Assembly (NCBI GenBank): GCA_049324835.1
Contig: JBMOMT010000055.1
Coordinates: 100,549 to 164,548 of the forward strand
Direction of reading: 5' to 3'
Length of the DNA stretch: 64,000 nt
Source: Chloroflexota bacterium
GTDB lineage: Bacteria; Chloroflexota; Anaerolineae; CAYNKW01
The notes under the pieces: model-generated
Seen by the model: only the letters and a program-made list of their open reading frames with translations
The model's database searches: none
Told to the model about the DNA's origin: nothing
Made by a program: the position numbers and the translations under genes
Part shown: piece after piece, positions 50,010 to 59,803 of the stretch
Position numbering within the stretch: the first letter of the stretch is position 1
Layout: each line of letters opens with the position of its first letter

Positions 50010-51056
50010 CTAGAGCGCGTACGCGTTGCGCCGCGCCACGATTTCAGCCAGAAGTAAATACCAGCCTCTCAGAAAAGCATTTCGAAAGAACTGCACCGGC
50101 CCATAACCGGCATATTCTTCAACCGCCAGCCCATCCTGGTCGTAGGCTCGGCAAAAGTCGGGGAATTTGGCCCGGAGCTCGTCGATCACTGCCTGGGGCG
50201 TCTCGATGTCCATGCGCGGCGCGATCTCGGCGCCGGCGGCCATGATCTCTTGCGCCGTGCTCCAGTTGATGGTGATATGGACATCGCCGCCCACCATTTC
50301 GGTGAAATGGTGGGCGCCCCTCGCGCCGCCTCCCAGCAGGGTGGTGTGGTAGCCGCGCTCTTGCAGCAAACGATACTCCCGGCGGGCCACAGCGCATCCC
50401 GCCTGAGCCAGCACCTGCGGCGCGATCTCGATGCCCTCCCGTTGTGCTAAATTATCCAGATACTCGTCAAAGATGCCGCTGATGTGCGTGACATAAAAAG
50501 GCGGATAGTTGCCCGTCCTTTTGGCCGTTCGTTCATAGAGCTCGCACATGTGGATGGCCTGAGATATGGAAAACACCTCTGTGGCACAGATGGCAATGTT
50601 CTCCTCGACGCACGTTTCCAGCGCCTCGAGCCCGCCCTGGATCACGGGAATTTTGGCCATATAGTTCGGCCCGAGCTTACGATTGGCCAGCACACAGCGC
50701 ACGATAGCCTCAGCATTCTGATCCTCGCGTGGGTCGTCCTGGATAGTCACATACCCGCAGGCGCCTTTGCTCTCATCGTAGAGGGGCCTGAAGCGGTCCA
50801 GCACGCGCCTGGCCGTACGTTGATAGATGCGCACCGCCGCCTCGTCGACATCTCGGACCTGGGTGATAGTTTCGTCGATGACGCTGCGCAGATAGTGGGG
50901 CTCGCTCGATAGCAGCTTGGAGCAATAGGCCGGGTTGGTGGTGCAATTGATGGCCCCGGCTGCAATGGCCTGCTCCATCTCTGCGCCCGAGGGATTGTTG
51001 ACCCAAAACCGGGTCGGCGTTTCACGATTCAGTTTGTGGAAATAGTCTGACGGCAT
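50010..51056 (-). CDS. Transaldolase family protein
   Basis: CTTNP, YMAKIP (Schiff-base Lys), CATEVFS. Confidence 0.8.
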   Translation of the reverse strand: MPSDYFHKLNRETPTRFWVNNPSGAEMEQAIAAGAINCTTNPAYCSKLLSSEPHYLRSVIDETITQVRDVDEAAVRIYQRTARRVLDRFRPLYDESKGACGYVTIQDDPREDQNAEAIVRCVLANRKLGPNYMAKIPVIQGGLEALETCVEENIAICATEVFSISQAIHMCELYERTAKRTGNYPPFYVTHISGIFDEYLDNLAQREGIEIAPQVLAQAGCAVARREYRLLQERGYHTTLLGGGARGAHHFTEMVGGDVHITINWSTAQEIMAAGAEIAPRMDIETPQAVIDELRAKFPDFCRAYDQDGLAVEEYAGYGPVQFFRNAFLRGWYLLLAEIVARRNAYAL

Positions 51057-51089
51057 CTCACCTCCCTCCGCTCGCCGGTGATCTGTGGG

Positions 51090-52460
51090 CTAGACAACCA
51101 GATGCGGGGCGGCCTCGGCTGCATACGGTTTGAGCAAACGGAGCGTCGCTTCGAATGCCTCTACGGCCCGGTCGATCTCGGTTTCTGTCATCGCCGTAGA
51201 GATGGCATACATACCCCTGGACGCCGCAAAGATGCCCCGGTTCATCATCTCCAGATGCAGCAGTCTGGGCAAATCGCCAGCAGCCCCCATGCTCAGAATC
51301 ACGTCTTTGGGTGTGGAAATCGGGTTGTCGGTCCAGTGAACCATGACCAGAGAGCCAAAACCGTAGGATCGGCCCTTGATGCCCGCGGCCCGGAAGGCCT
51401 CATTGAACCCATCGCGTAGCCGGTCGCCCAGACCGTTGATCCTGTCGACGGCGGCCTGATCATAGTTTTCCAGCGTGGCAATGCCGGCAGCCATGGTAAC
51501 ATTGTGACCGTTGAAGGTGCCGGCGTGTACAATCATCTGTGGATGGCCGGGCGTGTAACGCTCCATGATCTCTTTTTTGCCCCCAAAAGCGCCCACCGCA
51601 AAGCCGCCACCGATGATTTTGCCCAACGCCGTGAGATCGGGCGTGACGCCATGCAGTTTTTGCATGCCGCCCAGACTGACGCGGAAGGTGATGATCTCGT
51701 CAAAGATGAGGAGCACGCCATATTTCTCGGTCAGCGCCCGCATCCCCTCCAGATAGCCGGGCGCAGGGGGAATGCCGCCGCTGGCGCCCAGCACCGGCTC
51801 CATGATGACTGCCGCGACCCGCCCCTCGTTTTCCTTCAACAGCTCCTCGGTCAAGGCCAGATCGTTGAACCGCGTGACCCGCATGGCATCCAGAATGCAG
51901 GCGGGCACGCCGGGCGATCCGATCTGGACCCGGGGCCGGTCCTGGGCCTGATAGTCGGCCATGACGTTTATTTCGGCAAAGTCGTGAGTGCCGTGGTAGC
52001 CGCCATCCATCTTGATGATGATGTCCTTGCCTGTGTAGGCCCGGGCGGTGCGCATGGCCATCAAGGTCGCCTCAGTGCCCGAGTTGGTAAAGCGCACCAG
52101 GTCAATACTGGGCACCCGCTCGCAGATGATTTGGGCCAGGTCTGCCTGCACGCGTGCTGCGGAGGCAAAAGCGGTGCCCAGAGCCAGCTGGGCGTACGTC
52201 GCTGCGACGACGGCCGGGTGATTGTGACCGTGGATGAGTGAAGTATAGTTGTTCAAAAAGTCGATGTACTGGTTTCCATCGCAGTCATACAGGTGGCAAC
52301 CCTCTCCCCTCTCCATGTATGAGGGATAGGGGCCAAAATAAGTAGACGTGCGCGTGTCTCCACCGGGCATAAACTGCCTGGCCCGGGCGTCCTGCTGCCT
52401 GGATTGACCGGTGCGGCTGAAGTACCTTTCATAGATTGTTTGCTCGACATTGGTTGTCAT
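51090..52460 (-). CDS. Class III PLP aminotransferase (glutamate-1-semialdehyde aminomutase-like)
   Basis: MPGG, RFTNSGTEA, GGYHG, IFDEIITFR, LGKIIGGG, GTFNG. Confidence 0.9.
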   Translation of the reverse strand: MTTNVEQTIYERYFSRTGQSRQQDARARQFMPGGDTRTSTYFGPYPSYMERGEGCHLYDCDGNQYIDFLNNYTSLIHGHNHPAVVAATYAQLALGTAFASAARVQADLAQIICERVPSIDLVRFTNSGTEATLMAMRTARAYTGKDIIIKMDGGYHGTHDFAEINVMADYQAQDRPRVQIGSPGVPACILDAMRVTRFNDLALTEELLKENEGRVAAVIMEPVLGASGGIPPAPGYLEGMRALTEKYGVLLIFDEIITFRVSLGGMQKLHGVTPDLTALGKIIGGGFAVGAFGGKKEIMERYTPGHPQMIVHAGTFNGHNVTMAAGIATLENYDQAAVDRINGLGDRLRDGFNEAFRAAGIKGRSYGFGSLVMVHWTDNPISTPKDVILSMGAAGDLPRLLHLEMMNRGIFAASRGMYAISTAMTETEIDRAVEAFEATLRLLKPYAAEAAPHLVV

Positions 52461-52649
52461 ATCAGCGCCTCCCAAAATCTAAAAATGGATTTCCACACAT
52501 CTGAGCGGCAGGAATAGACAGGCTGACATTCTGAATGGCTGCCACCGACCCGCCATCGCCGCTGTGGTTGTGTTTGCTCACGGACAAAAGTTCGATACCT
52601 TGTGCCAGTCTACAGATTGGCATCTGGATGTCATCGTCCGAACGGGCAA

Positions 52650-54086
52650 TCAAGAGATATGATCCCTGCGAGTCTCTTGTGCGCTCATGTCCTCTGGCCA
52701 TTGGGCCGTGAGCGCAGACAGATCCACACCTCTACGGGCCAGGTATCCTTTGCGGATAAAATAGTACGCCAGCACCGGTACGATCAGCACCAGGAGAACG
52801 ATCATAATCAAGATCTCTTCCATGGCCAGCAACAACAACAGCGCCCCAGACGTAACAATGGCCAGCACAGATACGATCCACAGTGTCGCCCTGCCCAGTT
52901 TGAACTCGCTTGCTGCGACCCGCTCGGCGAGTACGGTAGGGGCTCTCAAAGCGGCCAGGCTCAACAAGATCTCGGCGACGAGCACGCCCGAAACCGATAT
53001 GGCGGCAAACAGGTCTACCGCCACCTGCAAAGGCAGATCCAGCACAGGAGCAAGAATCAGAATGAGAAAGAACAAGACGAGACTACAAGAGGCAAAGACA
53101 GTCAGGCCGCCGACGGGCGTACCAAACCGCCGGCTGATACGGCCCACTTTTCTGGGCAAGAACTGATCCCTGGCCGCCATCAAAAAGTCTCGCGAATAAG
53201 CCAGCATCAGAGGGTGGATGGTCGAAGCGATGGCGATGAGGATCAAGACTGGCATCAGGCGGACGATGCCTGCCGGGGTAAAGAGTTCGGCGACCTGGGC
53301 AACCGTAAAGGTGCCAGTGGTCTCGATCTTTTCCGCAGCCACTTCCCAGGGGATCGTACCAGCCACGATAAAAGCCTGCAGGGTGTAAAGCACCACCAGA
53401 ATGATCAGGCTTATGCCGATAGCGCGCGGGATGTTTTTCCTGGGGTCTTTGATTTCGCCCCCGATGTCCAGCACAGCCGTGAACCCGGCATAGGAAAAGA
53501 TGAACAGAATGGAGGCCTGCACCACAGCGCCAAAGCCCTTGGGAAAAAGTGGGGTCAGGTTTGCCGTGTTTATGTGGGGCAGCCCAAAGACGATGAACAA
53601 GACGATGACCAGAACATCCCCAAGCAGCGTAATGATCATGGCCACGGTTGCCGAAACTTCTACGCGGAGGATATTCACCAGATAAGCGAGGATCAGCACG
53701 GCCATGCCGGTGATCAGCACGGGGATTCCTGCTCCTAGAGAAGTGACAAAAATGCCAAAGGTGCCAGCCATAAAGGCTACGGCGCCGCCAGCCCCGGCGA
53801 TCACTGCGGCCAGGGCGAGTGCGCCAGCCAGAGGGCCAAGAGTCCTGCTGATGAGCACATAAGTGCCGCCCGCAGAGGGAGCCGCGGAGCCCAGGTAGGC
53901 GCAAATGAGAGCCAGAAACACACCCGGGATGACTGCCAAAAGATAGCCCAAAAACATCCCAGGCCCAGCTTTGGCCAGCGCCTCTGTGGGCAGCAACCAG
54001 ATAGACGAGCCAATGACCAGGCCAACAATCACGAAAACAGCCAGACCAAGCCCAATCTCCCGCCGAAGTTTGCCTCCTTCTGACAT
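52650..54086 (-). CDS. APC-family amino acid permease
   Basis: LRREIG, PSAGGTY, FSYAGF...GEIKDPRKNIPRAI; many TM segments. Confidence 0.9.
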   Translation of the reverse strand: MSEGGKLRREIGLGLAVFVIVGLVIGSSIWLLPTEALAKAGPGMFLGYLLAVIPGVFLALICAYLGSAAPSAGGTYVLISRTLGPLAGALALAAVIAGAGGAVAFMAGTFGIFVTSLGAGIPVLITGMAVLILAYLVNILRVEVSATVAMIITLLGDVLVIVLFIVFGLPHINTANLTPLFPKGFGAVVQASILFIFSYAGFTAVLDIGGEIKDPRKNIPRAIGISLIILVVLYTLQAFIVAGTIPWEVAAEKIETTGTFTVAQVAELFTPAGIVRLMPVLILIAIASTIHPLMLAYSRDFLMAARDQFLPRKVGRISRRFGTPVGGLTVFASCSLVLFFLILILAPVLDLPLQVAVDLFAAISVSGVLVAEILLSLAALRAPTVLAERVAASEFKLGRATLWIVSVLAIVTSGALLLLLAMEEILIMIVLLVLIVPVLAYYFIRKGYLARRGVDLSALTAQWPEDMSAQETRRDHIS

Positions 54087-54329
54087 GGAACCCTCCTCCT
54101 TTTGATCCGTTGATTTTGTAGCGGTTCCGCAACCCTGGATGCGGCAGGGCGATCAGACATCCTGTCCGGCAGACCGCGCTACAGCCTATGCTACCAGAAA
54201 AGAGAAAGAGTTGTCATCATCCCTTTGGACAATCTGGGGGATAATCTTGACGGAGGAAACCTCGGAGAAGATGGTGCACCCGCCTGCGGCTCAAGAGAAC
54301 GCTGAGGGAGCCCCGGTCGGCCATGACCT

Positions 54330-57101
54330 TCACAACAGATTTAGTTCTCTTGCCCGTGCTGCCGCCTGGGTCCGGTTCTGCACGTCGAGCTTGTTATAGA
54401 TATGGCGCGCGTGGGCCTTGACAGTCGTCAGCGAAACAACCAGCTCGGCGGCGATCTCGCGGTTCGACAGCCCAACAGCCAGCAGGCGGAGCACCTCTAT
54501 TTCACGTTCGGTGAGCGGCTCGGCGAGGTCGTCGGCCTGCGCCAAACCGGCAACCCCCGACGCGCCAAAAGCCTCCAACAAGCGCCGGACGTAATTGGCA
54601 GCCGCGCCCCGGTGAGTTGCCTGTTTCAAGAGGTCAGCCATGGGTGGACCTTCATCCAGGTAGAGGCGGACAAAGCCTTCCGGCCTGGAGAGTTCCAGGG
54701 CTCTGTCCACAGCCATGCCGGCCCGATCCGGACTGCCCAGCTCTTGCCAGATGAGCGCCGTGATAAGCAGAATCTCCACCACGCTGCCGGTGCGTCCGGC
54801 ATTCTCAGCCTGGGAGAGCAGCCGGGCCAGCACTCTTTGCAGGCCATGCATCTGTGCCCTGTTCATCCGTTCTCTGCTCTCGGCCAGGAGCACCCGTGCC
54901 AGCGTCAGATATTCCAGTTCATGGGCATAACGGGCCTCGCCAGCCAGTTCTGGCCCGCAATCCCGCACCCAGATCGAGGCAGCGGCCACATCATGAATTC
55001 CCGGACAAACCAGCATCCTTGCACGGTAGGCTGCCGCCTGGCGGGTGAATTGAGACACGCCCGTTCCGGCCGCAAGCTGCTCTGCCCTTTCGATGAAGGC
55101 CAGCATACCCTCTTTGTCGCCGAGGGCGCACTTGATCCGGGCGAGAGAGATGTTGCCCAGAAGCGAGTAACGTGTGTAGCCTCCCCGATCGGTATGCCGC
55201 AGGCCAGCTGTGAGGTGCGTTTCGGCCGCCTCCAGATCGTTCCACTCGCGCCAGATATCGCCCAGCCCAACGTAGGCCTGGCCCACCGGATACAGCGGGA
55301 TCTGCCGTCTCCCTCCCCACTCCAATACTTGTTGAAAGAGCCTGGCGGCATCGTGCAGCCGGCCTTGTGTAACCCTCAAGCGGGCCAGATCGCTGAGCAT
55401 GACCATGGCCAGCACCGTATTGCCCGCCGCATAACTGGACTCGACTGCCTCCCGGTAACAATCCTCGGCGATTCCGATTCTGTCCAGGGCAAGATGGGCA
55501 TCACCCAGCACCGTACACACACCTGTGCGCGCTATCAGCCGATCTTGGGGAATACGCTGGCGCGCCTGACTACACAGGTCGATGGCAAGCTCGGCCTCTC
55601 CTCTATAAACGGCGACGAACGCCCGGAGCACCGAGATCTCGTTCAAAATTTCTTCGACCTGCAAAGTTTTTGTGTGTCGTGCGCTGGCCTGGCTCTCTTC
55701 CCAGGCGTGCACGGATTTCAGCGCATCCTGGAGGCGCGGCTCGATGGCTGCCATGTTGGACGTGACGAACAGAATCCAGGCATAGGTGAGTGACAGCCGC
55801 GGCCGCGAACGCACCACAGGCTCAGGCATGGCATCCAGCCACTCGAACAGGGTAGCGGCCTCACCACGCATCGCCATCGCCGGGCCTGCCTCCTCTATGA
55901 GACGGGCCGCCAGTTCATAGTCGTTGATAGCCAGTGCATGCCCCAACGCTTCGTACATCCGCTCATTTCTCGCATACCACTCGGAGGCACGGCGATGCAA
56001 GCCTGGCGCCAGATCGGCCATGGTGCGCGCCAGTCGATGGCGAAGTAGATCGGAGAATAATGGATGGTAGCGATACCAGAGGCGCTTGTCGTCCAGCGGT
56101 ATCAAAAAGAGATTGGCGGCCTCGAGCATCGCCAGCGTCTTCTGACCATCGTCCCAACCCGTGATCGCATCACACAGGCTTCCCGTCAACTGATCGAGGA
56201 TCGAAGTCTGCAGCAAAAAAAGCTGAACGCGCTCGGGTTGCCGGCAGAGCACCTCGTCGGTGAGATAGTCCAGGATGTAACGATGGCTGCCCGTGAATGC
56301 CCTGATAAAACTGTCGACATCGGCTCGCCCCTGTGTAGACAGGGTCTCTTGCATGGCCAGGGCGGCCAGTTGCAGGCCGGCGATCCAACCCTCGGTGCGA
56401 GCTTCCAGGGCCCTCACGTCTCCGGTGGAGAGACCCAGGCGCATAGTCTGGTTCAAAAATGCAGTCACTTCATCGAGGGTAAATCTGAGTTCCGCTTCGC
56501 GCAGCTCGTTCAGTTGGCATCGCGCCCGCAGGAGGGGCAACTTCAGGGGAGGATCGGAACGGCTGGCGATGACCAGGTGCATGTGGGGCGGGGCATAGTC
56601 AATCAAGATGCGTATGGTGTCGTGAATCTCGGTCGATTGAATTTCGTGATAGTCGTCCAGGAAAAGCAGAAACTCGCCGGGAATAGAGGTAGCCTCGTTC
56701 AACAGTCTGGTCAGGGCTGTCCAAATCCAGTCTGCTTCACCCGGTGTTTCCGCGGTCTGGGCGGTATGTTGCGGCGTCTGCAACCAGATGAGCAGGTCCT
56801 GGGCTACGTCAGCCTGAATGGTTTGCAGCGCAGCCACCAGGTACGATAGAAAGCGTCGTGGATCATTATCCTGCTCGTCGAGAGAGAGCCAGGCCGCGCG
56901 AAGGGCTGGCGTTTTGTCACGCCAACTGTGAATCCACTCGCTGAGCAAAGTGGTTTTACCAAACCCCGTGGGCGCGGAAACAAGAGTGAGCTTGCGTTGC
57001 AGACCTGCTTCAAGCCGTTCGATCAGACGCGGGCGCGGCACGAGGTCTGGACGCTTGCGAGGAATATACAGTTTCGTCCTCAACAGCGAATCTTGCCGCA
57101 C
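54330..57101 (-). CDS. MalT-like STAND ATPase/TPR/LuxR transcriptional regulator
   Basis: LLRTKL, SAPTGFGKTT, LDDYH, TEGWIAGLQLAAL, YRYHPLF; C-terminal LTEREIEVL LuxR HTH. Confidence 0.93.
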   Translation of the reverse strand: MRQDSLLRTKLYIPRKRPDLVPRPRLIERLEAGLQRKLTLVSAPTGFGKTTLLSEWIHSWRDKTPALRAAWLSLDEQDNDPRRFLSYLVAALQTIQADVAQDLLIWLQTPQHTAQTAETPGEADWIWTALTRLLNEATSIPGEFLLFLDDYHEIQSTEIHDTIRILIDYAPPHMHLVIASRSDPPLKLPLLRARCQLNELREAELRFTLDEVTAFLNQTMRLGLSTGDVRALEARTEGWIAGLQLAALAMQETLSTQGRADVDSFIRAFTGSHRYILDYLTDEVLCRQPERVQLFLLQTSILDQLTGSLCDAITGWDDGQKTLAMLEAANLFLIPLDDKRLWYRYHPLFSDLLRHRLARTMADLAPGLHRRASEWYARNERMYEALGHALAINDYELAARLIEEAGPAMAMRGEAATLFEWLDAMPEPVVRSRPRLSLTYAWILFVTSNMAAIEPRLQDALKSVHAWEESQASARHTKTLQVEEILNEISVLRAFVAVYRGEAELAIDLCSQARQRIPQDRLIARTGVCTVLGDAHLALDRIGIAEDCYREAVESSYAAGNTVLAMVMLSDLARLRVTQGRLHDAARLFQQVLEWGGRRQIPLYPVGQAYVGLGDIWREWNDLEAAETHLTAGLRHTDRGGYTRYSLLGNISLARIKCALGDKEGMLAFIERAEQLAAGTGVSQFTRQAAAYRARMLVCPGIHDVAAASIWVRDCGPELAGEARYAHELEYLTLARVLLAESRERMNRAQMHGLQRVLARLLSQAENAGRTGSVVEILLITALIWQELGSPDRAGMAVDRALELSRPEGFVRLYLDEGPPMADLLKQATHRGAAANYVRRLLEAFGASGVAGLAQADDLAEPLTEREIEVLRLLAVGLSNREIAAELVVSLTTVKAHARHIYNKLDVQNRTQAAARARELNLL

Positions 57102-57184
57102 AGATAGACGGCTCCTGATCCGGATGGGGCTCTCTATATCTCAGAGTATGCCCACAAACAAAATACTGGCGTGCTTGCGCCTGA

Positions 57185-57325
57185 GTAACTGCTCACCCTC
57201 CCGCAGGCTCTTGCAAGAGCCGTGTCCCTGCTGCCACAATTTGTCGATTCGCCAGCGTCCAGTTGGCCAGATTATGGGACGGGATGAACGATTTTAGCCT
57301 GCGGGAGGGTAGGCTGAGCAGTTAC
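57185..57325 (+). mobile_element. MITE copy 4, complete, 8-bp TSD GCGCCTGA
   Basis: Same TIRs as copy 3; GCGCCTGA at 57177-57184 and 57326-57333. Confidence 0.9.
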
Positions 57326-57402
57326 GCGCCTGAAAAGTATACCATGCTCGGATCGGGCTGTCAAAAGAAGGGTGTACTGCGTGCTGTCAGAGGCGGAAAG
57401 TG

Positions 57403-57570
57403 TTGCGCCTGGTCGAACGAGTCAAACGCAAACAAGACCCCGCCTCGAAGGCGCTGGCGTGTTAGGGCCAGTTGCTGCGTTGGACCGCCGCAGAGAACAC
57501 AGTGCAGGAACAGGTGTGGCTGCGTTTCGTCACAGGGCGGCCCGTGAGTGCCATCACCGCCCAGTTTCTG
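57403..57570 (+). pseudogene. IS630-like transposase fragment with in-frame stop
   Basis: LRLVERVKRKQDPASKALAC*GQLL...QVWLRFVTGRPVSAITAQFL resembles the IS630-type DDE region; TAG at 57463. Confidence 0.55.
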
Positions 57571-57779
57571 CTGGCCCAATCGGACCGGTCGATCATCTCC
57601 TGCACCACGTCATCGATCTCGTCCAGTGTGTGGCGCACGCCATCAGGTGGTTCACGTTGTCGTCGTGGGACACGCTGGCCGTCGTGCGCGTCCGGTCTTC
57701 GGGCGTGCTACCGCTGCTAAAGGTGGCGGCGTCTCCCGTCGCCCCGGCGTACCAGTTGAGCTCCCATTCGATCCACGAA

Positions 57780-58946
57780 TTACTTTCTTTGACCAGCGAC
57801 ACTCTGGCCGACTGGATCGTCGCTGGCGCGGCGATCATATGTTCCCCAGCGCCGCGCGGCGTCGAACATTGCCAGCACGTTCTCCACTGGTGTGTCGGCC
57901 TGGATGTCGTGGGTGGGCGCCAGCACATAACCTCCGCCCGGCCCAAGCTCTCCGATCCGCCGCCGCACCTCCTGCTCCACTTCTTCGGTCGTCCCGTGCG
58001 GCAACACCTGGCGCTGATCTACCCCACCACAAAAAGCCAGCCGCTGTCCATAGGTGCGTTTGAACCAGGCCGCGTCCATGCCCTGCGCCGTGACCTGGAT
58101 CGGATTCAAGACCTGGACGCCCATCTCGATCAGTTCATCTACAAAAGGCCGCACGCTGCCGCAAGTATGATAGGCCAACAGGATGTCAGGCCGGGCGGCC
58201 CGATAGGTATCGAACACACGCTGAAGGCGTGGCTTGAGCCACTCGCGCCACATGCGCGGCGAGATCAGCGGCCCGATTTCCATGCCCACATCGTCGCCAG
58301 TGAGCAGCACGTCGGCGCCCAGCTCGAGCAACGCCAGACCGATGCCGATGCTATAGTCGGCCACCTGATCGAGAAGCGGGCCGACATAATCACGCCGCTG
58401 GGCCATGTCGACCAGGAATGACTCCAGGCCGACCAGATTCCAGGCCATCTCAAACACAGTGCATTCGATCACACCCAGCAGCGCGTACTCGGGGCCATAA
58501 TGGGCTGCCCGCTCGCGGGCGATGTCGAAGCGGCCGGGTGCGGCCGGATCGGGCAGCCGGTAGCGAGCCAGCTCTTTGGCCAAAGTGATGCCGGCCAGAG
58601 GGCGACCGACGATCTCCAGGTAAATACCAAAGGCGTGGGGCACACGGCGGTAAACAAAACCCCATTCGTCTTCCAGGAAACCGTCGGGCCGTTCCCGGGT
58701 TGGCCGGGAAGGCGGCGCAGTAGAGCCGATACCCACCACATCGTTGCCCAGGGCGGTCAGGAGTGCGGCGTGGGAGATGCGATTGGTCAAATAGGCGTCC
58801 AGGGGATCGGCCGGGATGCCAGTCGCCCGGCCAAGTTGTTCGGCTAACTCGGCGACTACTGTGACCCAAACCGGCACCCGGTCTGGCTTCTGCCGGGACA
58901 GGGCAGTCAACGTTCGCTCTTTGCTGTTCATCGTTCTACTTTTCAC
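57780..58946 (-). CDS. Uroporphyrinogen decarboxylase (URO-D / MtaA-CmuA) family protein
   Basis: MNSKER...PDRVP, DEWG, GDDVG, YHTCG, LNPIQ, GGVD, GGYVLAPTHDIQ; start may be 58931. Confidence 0.88.
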   Translation of the reverse strand: MKSRTMNSKERTLTALSRQKPDRVPVWVTVVAELAEQLGRATGIPADPLDAYLTNRISHAALLTALGNDVVGIGSTAPPSRPTRERPDGFLEDEWGFVYRRVPHAFGIYLEIVGRPLAGITLAKELARYRLPDPAAPGRFDIARERAAHYGPEYALLGVIECTVFEMAWNLVGLESFLVDMAQRRDYVGPLLDQVADYSIGIGLALLELGADVLLTGDDVGMEIGPLISPRMWREWLKPRLQRVFDTYRAARPDILLAYHTCGSVRPFVDELIEMGVQVLNPIQVTAQGMDAAWFKRTYGQRLAFCGGVDQRQVLPHGTTEEVEQEVRRRIGELGPGGGYVLAPTHDIQADTPVENVLAMFDAARRWGTYDRRASDDPVGQSVAGQRK

Positions 58947-59803
58947 TTGAGTGCGCCAGCGGTCAGCCCCCGGATCAGGTACTTTTGGAAAAAGATGTAC
59001 ACCAGGATGGGCGGCACCACGGCGATGACGATGCCGGCGGTCAGCAGGCTGAAATCGAGTTGAAAGGTGTTGGCCATAACCATCACGCCCAGCATGACGG
59101 TGCGCATCGTTTCCTTCTGGATCATGGTCAACGCCACCAGGTACTCGTTCCAGAACCAGATAAACTCCAGGATGATCATTGTCACCAGGCCCGGTGCGGC
59201 CAGCGGGAGGACGATGCGCCAGTAAGACTGGAACCAGCCGCAGCCGTCGATCAGGGCGGCTTCCTCGATCTCGATCGGGATCGATTTGTAAAAGCCGGTC
59301 AGGATAAAGACACCAAAGGGGATGGTAAAAGCCACGTACAGGGCGATCATGCCCTGGTAACTGCTCAACAGGTCCATACGGTTGAGCAGGCGGTAGAGCG
59401 GAACCAGTGCGATCTGGAGCGGCAGCATCACCCCGGCCAGGAGGAAAAAAAAGATCGTTCGTTTGCCCGGAAAGCGCAGGCGAGCAAAGGCATAGGCCGC
59501 CAGCGACGAGATCGAGACGCTGAGCACGACCGAGACTGTAGACAGGATGATGCTGTTTTTGTAATAATCGCCCAGATGCGCCTGCTCCCAGACACGGAGG
59601 TAGGCGTCAAAGTGTAGCTGCTGCGGCAGGCTCAGCGGGCTGGCGGTGATCTGGGGCATAGTCTTGAAGGTATTGACGATCAACAAGTAGAACGGGCTGA
59701 GCCAGGCCAGGCACAACATCACCACGAGAACCTCCAGGGCCAGGCGTCCAAGGCGGAAGCGTGGCCAGGAGAGGCGATGGTGGACATTCTTGGCGGTGTT
59801 CAT
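58943..59803 (-). CDS. Carbohydrate ABC transporter permease
   Basis: EIEEAALIDG, WNEY, FFQKYLIRGLTAGALK. Confidence 0.92.
   Translation of the reverse strand: MNTAKNVHHRLSWPRFRLGRLALEVLVVMLCLAWLSPFYLLIVNTFKTMPQITASPLSLPQQLHFDAYLRVWEQAHLGDYYKNSIILSTVSVVLSVSISSLAAYAFARLRFPGKRTIFFFLLAGVMLPLQIALVPLYRLLNRMDLLSSYQGMIALYVAFTIPFGVFILTGFYKSIPIEIEEAALIDGCGWFQSYWRIVLPLAAPGLVTMIILEFIWFWNEYLVALTMIQKETMRTVMLGVMVMANTFQLDFSLLTAGIVIAVVPPILVYIFFQKYLIRGLTAGALK

Noticed and set aside
51090-52460. Calling this gene hemL and the 57780-58946 gene hemE
   Set aside because: Both contexts are catabolic or transport-related with no other tetrapyrrole genes; only family-level assignments are supported.
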